DNA of 60,650 nucleotides, counting the filler, from Thelocarpon superellum (lineage: Eukaryota): NCBI GenBank assembly GCA_026025795.1. It is 4 parts of 4 records of this genome, joined end to end, with 100 filler letters (N's around TTAATTAATTAA, not from the genome) between each part and the next. Parts side by side here need not be neighbours in the genome. Positions count along the whole stretch, not along the records: positions 1 to 15,128 come from JAPEUG010000414.1; positions 15,229 to 30,307 come from JAPEUG010000415.1; 2 more parts are not named here. One strand, written 5' to 3'. A program made the translations under genes and the position numbers. Shown in pieces: positions 12,308-25,614 of this stretch. The notes under the pieces are model-generated. The model had not been told where the DNA came from and did no database searches. It worked only from the letters and a program-made list of their open reading frames with translations. Position 1 is the stretch's first letter, and every line of letters starts with the position of its first letter.

Positions 12308-13580
12308 TCAAACCGTCTGGCGCTCTGTCTTGGCGAGGCGCGACTCGCGGCCCTTATCGGACCATGGGAAGTGCAGCACGGGAATCAGAAAGAAGGAGTT
12401 GCTGCTGTCTGCCAGACCGGCCAGGGCATTGTACCATGCCATGAAGGCGGCGAGGATGCCAAAGACGCCGCCGGCCTTGATGATGGGTGGGTTGGGGGCG
12501 CCGGCGGAGTTGCGGTGGAGGTAGCCGATTCCGAGCAGCAGGAAGGCCAAGTCTAGGAAGAAGAACAGCAGGAAGAACGCCACGGTCGATCGGAGCGTGC
12601 AGACGAGTAGGATGGTGGTGAAAATAAACCAGCCCTGTGTTTCCCATGTTAGTTCGGTGCGGCTTCGGAGAGGTGTGGTATCACGTGTGGTGGGGTGGAC
12701 AAATTCGTTACACTGTCACGAGGAAAACGAAGGGGAGTTTTGGTGCTCGTCATGGTCAGGGGACAAGGACGAGAAAGTCAAATCGTCGCGGGAAGTAATG
12801 GATGGAGTACGAGGCTCGCTCACCATCAGGAAGAATCCAAACGAATCCAAGAATTCAATCTCCGACCCATTGATCGTTAGGGAATCCACAATCTCGAAGC
12901 CGCCCGGAGTCAAGGTGATGGCGAAGGAGATCCAAAAGCCGCCGTACGAGGACAGGGCGGTCGCACCGAAAGTGTTGCCCACGGCCATTTCCCTGTAAAG
13001 GACGCGCCGTCAGCCACTTCGCTTAACCCTGCCCTTGCATCTTCTCGCTCCCTCGACTGCCCGTCTTATTGGAGCATGTGCCAGGGCATTCCATGTTGTC
13101 CGCCCACGTCTGCGCCCACGCCCGAGCGTGCCCACCGCACGGAGGCGCAAGTAGCGCACGGGTGGCGGCGGCGTCGGCGGTGTTGTTCGGAGGGGATTTT
13201 CGAGCAGAAGGAAAGCTTTGCGAAACGTACCACATGCCAGCCAACAATTGCACCCCGCCGCCGTAGGCATAAGCCGAGGCCACCACAATGTTGGGGGAAG
13301 CGACGCCGCGCGTGTTCAGGTTGATCAGACTCAAGATGAAGGTCGTCAGGGCAAAGGCCGAGAGACCCAATGGGGCCGGATTGGCAAACTTGCGCTGCGC
13401 AATGTCGCGGTAGGCTCCTGGTTGGAACTCGCCACCGAAGGCCGGCAGCCGAGCGCTCTCGCTGGTCGTGTTGCGCGCCAGCGGATTGCCACCGTAGTCG
13501 TAGGCGCGGTGACCGCCCACGCCGTTCGTCTCCTTGTTGGTCGCCGCCGCCGCATCGGCCTCAGCCACGTTGGTCGTCAT
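12308..13580 (-). CDS. GPR1/FUN34/YaaH acetate permease (Ady2/AcpA-like), 3 exons
   Basis: Signature FANPAPLGLSAFALTTF, GNTFGATALSSYGGFW and AWYNALAG. Introns at about 12993-13230 and 12634-12823. Confidence 0.93.
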
Positions 13581-14906
13581 CGTGTTGGAGTGGATAGGTG
13601 GGTTCGATTGAGGATAAAGATCAAAGATGAGGTTGCAACTGGTCCAGGAGAATGCGCAGAGGATCGAGCGGAGGGAGCTAGGATAGAAATGTGTGATGGA
13701 TGTTGAGGTTGTCTCGGGCGATACAACGCAATGACACCAAGCAGTATCGAGAACCTCAGACTGCAGGACTACTTCAGAGGTCGCGCGAGCAGATGAGCTG
13801 TTGCCGGGGATGTAGCCAGTCTAGAGCTTCTTATACTCGGCGGAGGGCTACTGCAGGGCTCCCTCCCACCTCCTAGCAAGCATTCACTACCCGACCGTGG
13901 CCTCTCAAATCCCTGGTCCGCCAATATTCATCTGAGTGCCGCACCCGTTCGTCCGTCCTCGTGATCTGGCCGGCTTGTCAAGCTTGGGCCTCCCAGCGGC
14001 GGGGTGGCACTAAATCATTGGATGGTGCTCGACTCTCTTGCCCTCTCCCAGGATGAGCCGACGCATCGTTTGGCAAGCTCCATCCACCCTCGATGACGGC
14101 TAGCGCGAGGACCGGTGGGTCGGTCGTCATGGCCGATTTTCCACCAACCAGCGGCGTGGAGCCACTGCCGCTAACCCCACACCCGAGCTCCTTCCCCCGT
14201 TCAGCAGATCCTCAGCACCGCTTACGCCCACCCTAACGCAAACGAGCACGGCGCCATCCTGATCGTGATCGGCCGAAACCCCTCTTTGTCCATTGGTCCT
14301 TGAAGGGTCATCGGTGCCTCTTCTAGCCGCAACCCCGCCCGGCCGGGTCCATGGGCGTCCGACGTGACACTTCGTCTTCTCCCTCTTCTTCCTCTTCGTG
14401 TCCGTCGGGAGGCCTGTACCGACCAAGCGGTCAAGGGGAGCTGGTGGTTGGCTGCCGCGCCGTGGTCCTCCCGTCACACCACGCGGCTGCACACCTTGCG
14501 GGCCTCGTGGCGTGGATCTCGTGGGCCCAAATTTTGCCGTTAGTGCTCGCGAGCTGGCTGGAAGGCGAGGCTTGGTCGAAAGCCACCTGCGCAACAACGG
14601 GGCGGCACCGGCAAGGAAATTGTGGGGAAAAGCAGCTACGAGTGCTACCTCACCCTAGTGCATCACGGTCACGGCATCAAGTCGCCTCACTCGCTGTTAG
14701 ACCGGCCCCGTAATTGATCGGTCAGCGGAGGGGCGCGAGCCGACCTGACGCACCGCGTCCGTCAAGTTCGTCGACGCCATTGTACTCGTACGCGTCGGTA
14801 CGCCGTCACGGCCTGCACGGGCAGGCGGTGCCGTTGATGTGCTTCGGCGCCGTAGCTGCACGTCTCGCTGCCATGCGTGCGGTCAAGTGCGAGCATGTCC
14901 GTGGGT

Positions 14907-14950
14907 GCATACGCGGTGGCATACGCCGTTGCATACGCGGTTGCAGACAT
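14907..14950. repeat. 12-bp minisatellite (GCATACGCSGTK, about 3.5 copies)
   Basis: gcatacgcggtg gcatacgccgtt gcatacgcggtt gcagac. Confidence 0.7.
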
Positions 14951-15128
14951 GGCTGGAGACAATGGGGGTGTGCCAGGGACAGGCCTGCCAATACTCATCC
15001 TCTTAGCACGGACGCTCGGCAGGCCTGGCTCGGCCTCCCGTGCTTCGTCAGTTGTCTTTGTGAAGCTTGCTCGCCCTCGCTCCCCGCCTCGCTAAATGCA
15101 AGTCGAAATGAAGTGCCAGAACTTGTGA

Positions 15129-15228
15129 NNNNNNNNNNNNNNNNNNNNNNNNNNNNNNNNNNNNNNNNNNNNTTAATTAATTAANNNNNNNNNNNNNNNN
15201 NNNNNNNNNNNNNNNNNNNNNNNNNNNN
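15129..15228. other. Artificial contig linker (44 N + TTAATTAATTAA + 44 N)
   Basis: Six-frame-stop spacer embedded in N runs. Confidence 0.98.
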
Positions 15229-15409
15229 CTACGTACGTACGGCGCGACGAAGAGCTGAGCAACGAAAATCACATGGCTGAAAAGACCGAACGGCGATGGA
15301 TGGGATCCGAGCTCCAGGCGTATATCTTTGCGCATGCAATACACCTCAACGAGAGACGGGGGGCCGACACGATCGAGCGGGTCCAAGCGAAGCACAGACG
15401 GGCCGAGGC

Positions 15410-17371
15410 TTAGAATTCCTTGATGCCCTTCGATGGGGCAACTGCCTCGGAAGAGTACACGCCGCCCTTGAAGGAGCCGTGGCCGGAGCCCGTGGCGGAA
15501 CCGCTCTCGACGTCGCTGCCGCGCGAATCGCCGTACGCGAGGCTGACCTCGGTGATCTCGTCGCCCACTTCGTGCCAGTGCTCGCTGACGGCGGGGATTG
15601 GCCATGCCCAGCAGAGCAGGTAATAGACGCCTGCCGAAACGATGAAGCCGCAAAAGAAATTCAGGTCTGGTGGAGATTATCAATGGGCGAAGGGGCGGGA
15701 AAGCATGAAGACGAGGGTTGAGGCTGGACGTACTGTAGATATACTGAGCTCCCAACGGCACCGGACGGCCAATTGCCCCCACGAAGCCAACAATGTTGAT
15801 CAGAATGCCGCAGATGTACGAGACGTACGCCCGCCACGACGCGCCGACGCCATAGTAGTAGGGGTCGGTCTTGCGGCCGCTGTACAGATCCTTGATCTGG
15901 TAATAACCCTTGCGGACCCAGTAATAGTCGCAGATGATGACGCCAGCGATGGAGGAGAGGAAGACGGAGTACGCCGATAGGTAGGTCGTGAAGTTGTTCG
16001 AGGTCGACAACAGATTCCATGGGCACATGGCCAGTCCGATAGCGGCACAGATATATCCACCACGGCGGATGTTGAGGTAGCGAGGTAGCAGCGCCGTCAT
16101 ATCCGTTCCAGCCGACACGGAGTTGGCGGCGATGTTGGTTCCGAGCTGGGCCAGGGCAAAGGCAAAGGCGATGAAGAACACGCCGGCTCGAGTGCCGGAG
16201 TCACCCGTATCGAGGAATTTGCCGAGCAAGGTCAACGGACTCCAGATCGGTTCGTCGAAGATCACGGTCGAGGAGGACGATACGATGATCCCCACGAAGG
16301 AGGTGAAGGCAAAGGCGCACGGGATGGTGAAGAATTGAGACCACAGCGCGTCGCGGGGCTTTGCGGCGAATCGAGAAAAGTCCGGGTCGTTCACGATCAG
16401 CGTGGCGAAGTTCGCAATGCTGCTCATGATGCCCTTGATGATGCCCCAGCCAAGCTCGCCGCCAGAGATGGTCGACGGCTGGTGCACAATCGGCCCGAGA
16501 CCATGGGCCTTAACGATGGCCCAGATGAAAAAGGCGATTCCCGCCGGTGGGACGATGAAGGACTTCACTGTGAACAGATGCCGGATCTTGTGCACTGGAA
16601 ACCAGATGGCCGGCAAACTACAGAGCCAAAAGAGGAAGAAGGACAAGAAGTCTCTCGTGTTGGTTCCCGAGCTCGCGGGTAGGGAGTTGTGGAGCGTATC
16701 AAAGCTCGGCCAGATGCTTCGAATCATAAGATAGACACACGTGCCTGCATTCGTACACAGTTAGTCCTCATCGAAGCTGTAGCAACGACAGACGAGGCCG
16801 ATCGAGGTAAGGGGAGAGACGTGTCTTGATGAGTCATCATGCGGACGTGGTTAGAAAGGGGCAATCTAAATCTTGCATACCTCCGATGTACGATTGCACG
16901 CCGTACCAGATACACGCCATCGCCGCTCGATTGAAGACGGGCCAGAGCGAACCCCAGATGCCGAATGAGGCGCGTGACACCACGGGAAAGGGGATGTGAT
17001 AGACAGCGCCGATACGGCCTGTGGAGCAGATGAATGCACCAGCAATGAAGTATCCCAACCAGACACAGATCCAAGCTTGCCACCAGCTCAAGCCAGAGAT
17101 GATCATGCTTGACGCGATCATCCACGTATTGATGTTGAATGCATCCGCTATCCAGAAGCCGACGAAGTTCCAGGGTCCCCACTGTCGTCGAGCTGGCTCG
17201 ACTGTAGACGGCTGCTTAGTATCGAGCTTGGTCGTTTGGAGGGGGGAGGTTCGTACCAGGTTTTAGGTCATAGTTGGTCAGGAAGAGTTGCTTGTTCGTC
17301 AAGCCGGGCTCAGCTGTGACCTCCAGCATGCTCACCAAGTGAGCGACCTTGGAGGTCCTCAATGTCGCCAT
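15410..17371 (-). CDS. NCS1/Fur family uracil-allantoin permease (FurD/Fur4-like), 4 exons
   Basis: [105 protein letters not shown]; stop TAA at 15410-15412. Confidence 0.93.
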
Positions 17372-17527
17372 GGCTGTGAGGAATAGGGCAGTGTGTCCAG
17401 GTCGAGGCTGGTAAGCTCGAGCGCGCTTCGAATTGTGAAGGGAGACAATCTGGGCGGGGAATGCGTAGGACTGGTATGCTGTTGTGAAGAGGACGAGTGT
17501 GATCCACAAAGGCAAGAACATTCGCGT

Positions 17528-18350
17528 TGATAAGAGTCTGCCAAGTGGCGCTGGGTGTGACCATATATTGCTGATAGCGCGGGGGCTACCGGAGAAAGCA
17601 GATGTGATGAAAGCCGTCTAGCTCCTCCGCGAGGTCCATGGGGAGACCTGATGCTCGTCTAGATTTAGTCAGACGAATCTGCATTGGGCACAGTGGATAG
17701 CTGGAGAAGATCTTCGCCGGTGGTATGAGCGACGTCGATTTGGTGTCTTGCGCCGTTATCAGGGCGCTCGATGTGATGGGCACCGCCATGTGGAGCTGCT
17801 CGAGCCGAACTAGGCCTTATCACGCATGCTCCAGTGGAATTGTCGGGAGAGAGTTCCGCTTCTCCCTCGGCATCGCCAGCTTGGCTCGCTCGGGCAGGTC
17901 GCGCTCGCCGCGTCCAAGGAGGTTCTGGTTGGCCCAGCCATTCTCGAGGCTGCATGCGAAGAAGACTCTTGTACCATCCCCATCCTTGTCTGGCATGGAA
18001 GCAAGACGGCCAGGGTGGGGAAGCCTGCGTGCAGGTTGCATCATAGCGTGCCAGCCTTTGCTATCAGACTGATGGTCGGGCGGCGACGGCCTCATCGACA
18101 CGCCAGCTCTAACCGAGACGTTTCAGCCTCTAGTGGTTAGGTGCCGCGCAACAGCGGCACGACCGGGAATGCTTGACCGTAAAGAGACAGAGGTCTTGTG
18201 ATGTGGCGAGTGCATGCAAGTGAGGCCTGCAGCGGGATGCAACCACTACGGAGGGGGCGAAGCGGGGGTGTCAGAAGTGAAATCGCGGTGGCATACCGAG
18301 CCCCTTGTCCTCCTCTCCGTCAGCTCTTTTCTTATCGGTACCTCTTATCT
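17528..18350. promoter_or_regulatory. Cluster of HGATAR (AreA/NIT2-type GATA) sites upstream of the NCS1 permease
   Basis: Seven HGATAR matches on either strand, at 17528, 17572, 17756, 17817, 18061, 18332 and 18345. Confidence 0.5.
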
Positions 18351-19318
18351 AGATGGGCGTGGACGGCCGATGCTCAATCACAGCCTTGACGGAGCGCCAC
18401 TTTTCATCTGCACACACTCCACTAGACATGCGAGATAGCTCGGCTGTCAGGCTCTTGGGCTCTTGTCTCTAGAAGCAGATTGCTTCGTTCTCCTCCTAGC
18501 TAGGCTAAGCTACGGCTGCTATATGTGGATGCTGCAGAGTCACGTGGCGTCCACGTGACCCTACGGGTCCTCACATCCCTCACATCGGCCATGCAGCATA
18601 GGGAGAATGAATCCTATGCATCTAGCAGTTTCTCATGGCTGTATCAAAGATGCGGGACTGGTCTAGGTCCGGATGGCGACGACCATCTGGAAGAAGAAAA
18701 GGTGGCAAAGACCGGGAAGCCCGACAAGGCTGAGTCTTGGCGCCCGAATATTCGAACGGGAGTGCTTCGAGATCGTTCAAAGTATAGGAGGGGGAGCTCC
18801 TAGACATGTCCAAATCTACAGGACGGAGCTCCTAAATAAGTCAAAACCTTCAAGGGGGCGCTTCTTGATATCCCCAAGTCTCAACGAGAGCACCGCTACA
18901 TATGTCAAAGTACAGAAGGAAGTGCTCCTCAATATAGCCCGTGTGTTGACGGAGGCGCCTCTAGATGAAGCAGATTGAGATTATGACGTGCGTCTTAACA
19001 TCTTCAACCCCAGAAGTGGGGTTTCCCCGGTATATCAAAATGGACAACAGGGTGCTTCGTGATATGTAAAGTAGATAATGCATTACTGGTCGCATTACTG
19101 GTCAGCGCATTCGGGGAGAAGACGGTAGCGCGTCCTCGTAGTTTGTGTCTCATTGGGAGGCTGGATGAGCCATTTCTACCTATCGCAATTCACCGCGCCC
19201 GCTACCGACGGATATTGTGGACTTGCGCGACGCTCGGTACGATTCTCGGCGACGGTAGCGGGGTGTAATGGTGGAAAAGTAGGATGAATATGCACGCTGT
19301 AGGTGGTATAGAGAGCCA

Positions 19319-21325
19319 TCAAGACAAGTTATCCTGATGCACGGGACACGCCCAGACCGATCCAACGATGGCTTCCTCGCCCGCACCAGCCAAATTAGAC
19401 GCCGCGGCGAGAGTGGCCTTGGTCTCCCACCAGCGGCGGATGCAGACGCGATGGAATTTGCACAGGCACTCGAGACGCGCCATCTCCACGCCCGGCTCAA
19501 ACTCTTCAAAGCAGATGACGCATTCGGCTGCTTCGCTCCTCTCTGCCCCGCCCTCGCCTCCATCTCCGCCCTCCTCAGCATTCAAGGTGGACTGCGTCTC
19601 GAATATGGTGAGGCAGTCTTTCTCGGTCGCAGTGTAGATCACCATTCGTGACTGTGGTCGGGTTCGGTGCGAGCGTGGGGTCGGCGGAAGTGGTCGATCG
19701 GTTGCCGGTGCGCGTGGAGGTGAGGATGGCATATGACGTGATTGCGCGTTTGGTGTCGCCGTCGCAGTTCCAATCTCCCCTCCGGATGGCGGTGATGGCA
19801 GCGGAGGCGAAGAGGAGGACAGCGGTCGGCTCCGTGGTTGCGAACTGCTGAAGTGCGTTTCAATGCAGAGTTGAACATGTTGTTCCCGTGCGTGTGCAAT
19901 GTTCTCGTCGTCTGGATCTCCCCGCGCGAGGATTTCCTGACATACAGGGCAGAAGTCTTCTTCCCGTAAGACTGGGCGAGGTTGTGTTGATGATGTAGAA
20001 GGGGACGGTGGGTCTTCAAGATCCAAGAATGATCGATAATCGCCATGGCCTGGACCTTGATGCTGCCGATGGGTGCTGCCCGCGGATGGGGTATGACGGT
20101 GGCCATGACGTGACGCTCGTGGACTCGTGTCATCCAAGTAATGGATGCTAGGGGCGCTGGAGGATCCGTACACATCCTCTCTCACGCCCGCTATGACACG
20201 GGAAGGCTGGTCCCATGGGTGTCCGCCATGTACCCCAAGGTCTCGTCCAAGACCCATATACTCCTCTTGTGCCGATCGTCGGTGAGCGCGGAAGGCGTCT
20301 CCCTCAAATCGTGGCACCATCGCATCTCTTGAACCTGGATAGCCTGGCGCTGACCTTTGACTGGCGTACGGACCGCCGCTTCGAAATACGAGATGGCGGG
20401 ACTGTGGAGGAGGGCCCCAATTCGGATCGGGGACGCAAGGGTTGCAGATGCGCACTTCTTCTCCCCCATCCAAGGCCGTGTCTTCCGCTTCATTGTTGTC
20501 CTCGTCATCGGTCGAGCCGGGCGCTGACGCATCGGCCTCCCCCTCGTCCACCGTCGAATCTGACGCGTGAGGATCGACGAGATCGGCGCCGGCGGGTGTT
20601 GGTGGATGGACGATGAATTGCCGGGGGATCGTGATACGGTGGGGCGAACAGAGAGCACAGACGACTCTGCCGCATTTCCTGTATTCGGGAGCATCAGGAC
20701 GTTTGTTCGGATGAGATCTGATTCGCCTTGTACCCACCGACAATGATGCTTTCGGAACCAAAAGCTGAATCTCGTCCCACAGATGGGACAATCGGCAACG
20801 TCGGCATCCGCCTGCCATTCCGGCAAGATGATGGGTCGGCGTCTCATCTGTCTTGATGTAGGATTGCTGGATCGCCGAGGGTTGAGCCGGGACGGACGAG
20901 GACCTTGGTCCGCAGCAGATGTGGAGATTGCATGATCGCCAGTCGAGCTATCGCTATTGTGTCTAGGCACGCCCTACATCGTGATCAGTGGGCGATGGAT
21001 TCGCTCCCGATTAAATGCTCACCTGCAAAGCCCGTGCAACCGGCTGGCTGGTCACGGTCGATCTCCGCGGGCCGGGTCGTTCCGGAAGCACCCGCTCCAT
21101 GGTAGGGTACGATATCCTCTTGCGTTCCTGCGCTTGGCTGTTTGATGGGATTCTCCGGCCTCCCTGACTACCCTCACGCCCATGCGTAGAGCTTTCGCTC
21201 TCTGAGATTAAGAAGGACATCCACGTTTCGGCCGCCCGAGCCTCCTCGTTCGGGACAAACCTGTCGGTACTCTCGATGGAGGTGCTCGGGTTTCGCTGGC
21301 TGTCATGTCTGAGCTGACCATCCAT
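19319..21325 (-). CDS. FYVE + C-terminal RING-H2 E3 ubiquitin ligase (Pib1-like), 3 exons
   Basis: WQADADVADCPIC..RKHHCR|KCGRVVCALCS..VRICNPC (FYVE) and ECVICFEEF..RLECLCKFHRVCIRRWW..CPVH (RING-H2). First exon from 21325 ends at a GTGAGC donor. Confidence 0.88.
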
Positions 21326-21944
21326 GCTGAGTAGTTCTATTCAGCCTGTCCTTTGCCACACCGCCGTTCGAGCATTGCTAAGGCTCCAGCAGGTGAGATG
21401 GGGGAAGCACCAGACCGAGAGATCCGTCGACCCCCCCTGTACCTTTTCTGACGACGCAGCTGCCGCAGGACTTGACCCGGAAGATGCTGTCCGGAGCTTC
21501 ACTCAACGCAAGGGAGTGGGACGACCAGATGTCGCAGAAATTGGTGCCTGGTAGAGGTTGAGATACCGTTGGTCTCTAGGCCTCATGAGTACAGTAACTA
21601 CTGCTGAAGCTACGTCCCACTAGGAGTGGAGCAGGACGTGCGTGGTGGGGCGAGACAGACGCGACATGAGACTGACTAATCCTCGCCTCGTCCCCGTCCG
21701 TCGCCCGTCATCTGCCGGTTTTGTGCACGTGGTGCAGGAGTATATTCCGCCACGCCTCGCGAATGTAGGCGCTCTTGGTCCCAAGTCTTCCGCGTCCATT
21801 CTAGTCATGCACCAGATCCACTCCTAAGATGTATAAGGGCTGCGTGTCTGACCTGCCGTAGACCACAGCCCAACAGTTCGTTCACCACATCCAAATCCAA
21901 ATCCAAAACCACCAGACTCCTCGCCAAATCGCTTGACGCACCTC

Positions 21945-24900
21945 TTACCGCCGGAGAGTACCCATTTTCGAAACCGGCTGCACGGTGGTTGGCATCGCCC
22001 CGTGAAACCGTGCGCGTTCTATGCCGATGACTCATGATTAGATGTGATCGTACGCATGGGGAGGAATCTGCGCACCAGCCTCGCTATCAAAAGCGATATG
22101 AATGTCGTCGTGCTCGCTTGGGTACTCGGGCATGTCCAAGCATACGAATGCTTGGCTCTCCGATTCCTCGCCTTTGGGGAGGGCAAACTTGGCGTCGACG
22201 AGCCGCGTCATGTATTTGCCAGACTTGGTGAACGACTCGTAGAAGTCGGTGCTCTTGAGCTGGAAGTTCATACACTTCCCATGGCTAAAATCCTCGAAGA
22301 AGACCACTAATTGCCAGACGCGGTCTTGCCGGACGATCTGCATTCGCACGAGGTTGCACTCCCATTTCTTGTGCATCGACACGAGCATCATCCGACGAGA
22401 GATGGCGAAAGTAGAGGCCCGACTGAAGGCCCACATGTTAGCGGTCAGAGCATCATTTCGGCGAGTCGACCCATACCCGTCAAATAGCACCGAAAAGCCC
22501 ATCACCGCCTCTTGGAATCGGTGGAGGTCTGGAAGACGGCCCCAACGTTAGCAGGTGAGCGTCGCCTGGAACCCGTGTGAGGCAAGGGGGGCGATTCATC
22601 CTACCTTCCATGGATGGAAACGAGAACGTCCGGACCGATTCCGAGCTCTTCAACGTTCGAAGAAGCTCATTCAATGCGTCAGGGACGTTGTCAGTGCGAG
22701 GAGTTTCCGCCACAGAGATCGTCATATCCTCCTGCGCAGCCCGAAGGAGGGCGATGGTTGCGGAGGTATCCGCGCCTAGACAGAATTGAAGTTGCCCAGG
22801 GCCGAGATTCACTCGATCCGTCGCGTTCCCGCTCCGGGATTCCAAGCAGATGCGCAGTGATTCGGACAAGACCGTCGGCGCAGAGCGGTGATCCGGATCA
22901 TCTGGGTCCCGATTAATGATCCGGACTCGGTCCCACCCGAGCTCGCTCATGACATCCCGGCTTGGCGCTGACGAGGTCTCCGTCGGGGGGTGCGGTCGAA
23001 TGGATAAACTCTTCAGCCGCACGTCCGCGACGACGCTTTCGTGCGACTTGGCCGTCGTGCCATTCAGGGTCGACAGGAGTTGCGCGCGTGCCGCAGCTTC
23101 CTGGAAGGAAAAGACCATAGAGTACCGTCCTCGATCGTCGCGGATCTTGAGCATGAGCGCTGGATCACCTCCCGCCCCCCGGAGGATGCTGTATATGAGG
23201 GGGTGTTGTTTGCCGAGCTCGTAGCTGACGCTGCTGAGGATCTTGGTCTGCGGGCCGGTGAAGACCATCATCCGGTATCCACGATGCAGTCGCCGCACCC
23301 CGGTACCCTCCGATCGTGTGATTTGCTTCTCGAAGATCTGGACAATGCATTGGCTTACCGCCTCCTTGGGGAAGGGCATCGCCCTCCCCCCAGCATCGAG
23401 GAAATGGAACACTTTGACCTGGTCATTCAGCACGACCATCTCGTCATGCAGCGGCAGGACGTTGGCGAGGAATTGCTGCGTGTGGTCATAGAAATCCCAC
23501 AGCTTCATGAAATCACGCTCCTTGAACCGCAGCATGAGCGAAAAGCCGCGCCCCAGCTTCACCACCACCTGGCCGTTTCTCTTGTTCCACTGTACCTCCT
23601 CCCACGTCGGGCCCCGCTTCCAATTCGACTGCACATAGACGCGGACGAGCCCATTTTGGCTCGCGATGGCCATGCCAATCTGCCGATCCGCACGCTCGCG
23701 CGTCATGGACACCACGCACGCCATGCGGTATTCCTGCGACGCATGGCCTTCATCGTACAGAAAGGCGTCCGCAAAGATGCGCCCGTAATTGAATCTCCAA
23801 TCCGAGTCACGGATGGGCATGATTTCCTTGGGGTCCATGAACGCGTCCGAGGGAAGATCAATCAATTGCTTGGAGGATTTCCCCGAGAGCGCACGACAAA
23901 CGTCGGGCGCGAAGCTGGGGTATGTCATCCAGATGCTCGAGTCCAGTCCCTGGGCTAACAGGATTTGGCCCGAGGCAGGTGGTAGGAACCCGTTCTTCTG
24001 CATCGATGTCGCCAACATCCGGAGGTGTCCCAGGACCTCTTGGCTGATCTCAATCAAAGCCGCCACCTGGTCGTGTCCATCGAGCTTGGCCGCGCTGATG
24101 CATGCCGCGAGATCGCGCGTCCCGTACGCCGTTAGTTCAGGGTGCGCCAGTAGTACTTCTTCCACAATCCACCATGACTTGGCGAGATCCACAAACGCTT
24201 GTTCCGGTGGCTGTGGCGGTGACGAAGGGGGTTGCCCTCGCTCGGAACGTGTCGGGCGTTGGCGAATGGCGATCTCAAGCTCAGCGCGACCTTTTAGAAA
24301 CCACCAGTGCGCGGCCAGGACCCATTCTTGGAGCGTCGGCCGTCCCACACGACGTCCTGCTTCCGATGATAGCTGAAAGATTTTGCTTAGGTGCTGGACT
24401 CGGCTGATGAAGGTATCGAATGCGTCCAGGTCCGCCATGGAAGAGTCACTCCGAAACGGCGATAAGGGTGGCCGGGCAGTGGGCGCGTCCTGGAAGGATG
24501 CGTTTAGCAAACGCGGGGACCCTTTGTCAGGCACGGCTGGGGCTTTTTCGGACATGGATGGGCCCTTGTCCGGAACGGAAGGCCTCATATCTGCTTCGGT
24601 GGGGGCGACGTATTTGGAGAAAGCGGAGCTCCATTGCGGAGGGGGCGAATACGAGCTAGCGGAGCTGTCGGATGTTTGGCTCGACGGTCGGATGAGTGGA
24701 GTGATTGCAGGAGCGTTGAAGTCGGTCGCCTGTTGTGCTTCATCCCTCGATGCGTCGGATGCAGCCTCTGGCGCATGCGAGGGATGCCCTCGGCTCGGTG
24801 GCGGGGAGAAATCGTCAATGCTCATGGATAAGGCGCGACCCTCTTCCGCTCGCATCTTCGCTTGCGCAGAGGCGATGGACGGTTTGGCAGGAGCAAGTGA

Positions 24901-25614
24901 GTGCGGAGGTAACGTCGGGGCAAGTGAGTGCGGTAACGGGGACGAGGCGAAGTCGTCGGACCGATTCGTGCCCTTGGATGGGACATCTGGGGGGTGAGCG
25001 TATCCGAGCTGGAGCGCTGGAGGGATTGTGTCGTTGCTGGATCCATACCGGCCCAGTTGCGGCCTTGTCGGCGGCGAATGGGAGCGGGCCCGGGATCGCT
25101 TGACGTCTCGCGACGGCCATTCGGCATCGTCGCCGCCCTCGCCGATGATCTCGGGTGCGGCGTCGGTGAACCTTACGCAATAGCCCTTCTTATTTCGGAC
25201 GGGGCTGGCGGAGCGATTTCGTGATGGTGTCCGGGAATGGGCAGCGGTTGCGGGGACCGTGCTTGAGCGCCTGATGTCGCTGGCTGAGGGCCAGCGCTGG
25301 GCCTTGGAGATGTCAAGTCGTCCCAGCTGCTGGGCGGGTACGCTGGGCGACGGCTTCCTGGCAGCGGGGCGGAGGAAGTCCATGACATCGTCATTGACGG
25401 CCCCGCCCCCAGCGATGCCCTCAGGTCCTGCGCCGGAGGTGTCATCGGGACGGTTCCCGGTGAAGAGCTTGCCTTTCCAGTGTGCCCGGCTCAGAAATTT
25501 CCGCGAGTTGGCCGTGTTGGCCACTGAAGGACCCTCGTCGTCCATGGCGAGAGTCTGCACTGACATGGGATGCTCGTAAGGCTGCAGCACGTGCGCTGTC
25601 GACTGGCCTCGCAT
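21945..25614 (-). CDS. Large uncharacterised fungal protein (~1150-1200 aa): disordered Pro/Ser N-terminus plus folded C-terminal domains; start uncertain (25614/25566/25545)
   Basis: 1084-aa ORF plus two downstream exons (..FHRFQEAVMGFSVLFDG..LVDAKFALPK..CLDMPEYPSEHDDIHIAFDSEA|ERARFHGAMP..RR*) with GT-AG introns and CTAAC/CTAAT branch sites. Confidence 0.8.

Noticed and set aside
12420..13095. GCCAGGGCATT..CCATG shared between intron 1 and exon 3 of the acetate permease
   Set aside because: Only 11+5 nt in direct orientation, compatible with chance.
15173..15184. TTAATTAATTAA as a biological site (PacI or piggyBac TTAA)
   Set aside because: It is identical in all three N gaps and is a standard six-frame-stop assembly spacer.
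17372..18400. TPP riboswitch upstream of the NCS1 transporter
   Set aside because: No CTGAGA..(A)CYTGAT..GNTAATNC aptamer core found on the coding strand, and the protein is Fur-type.
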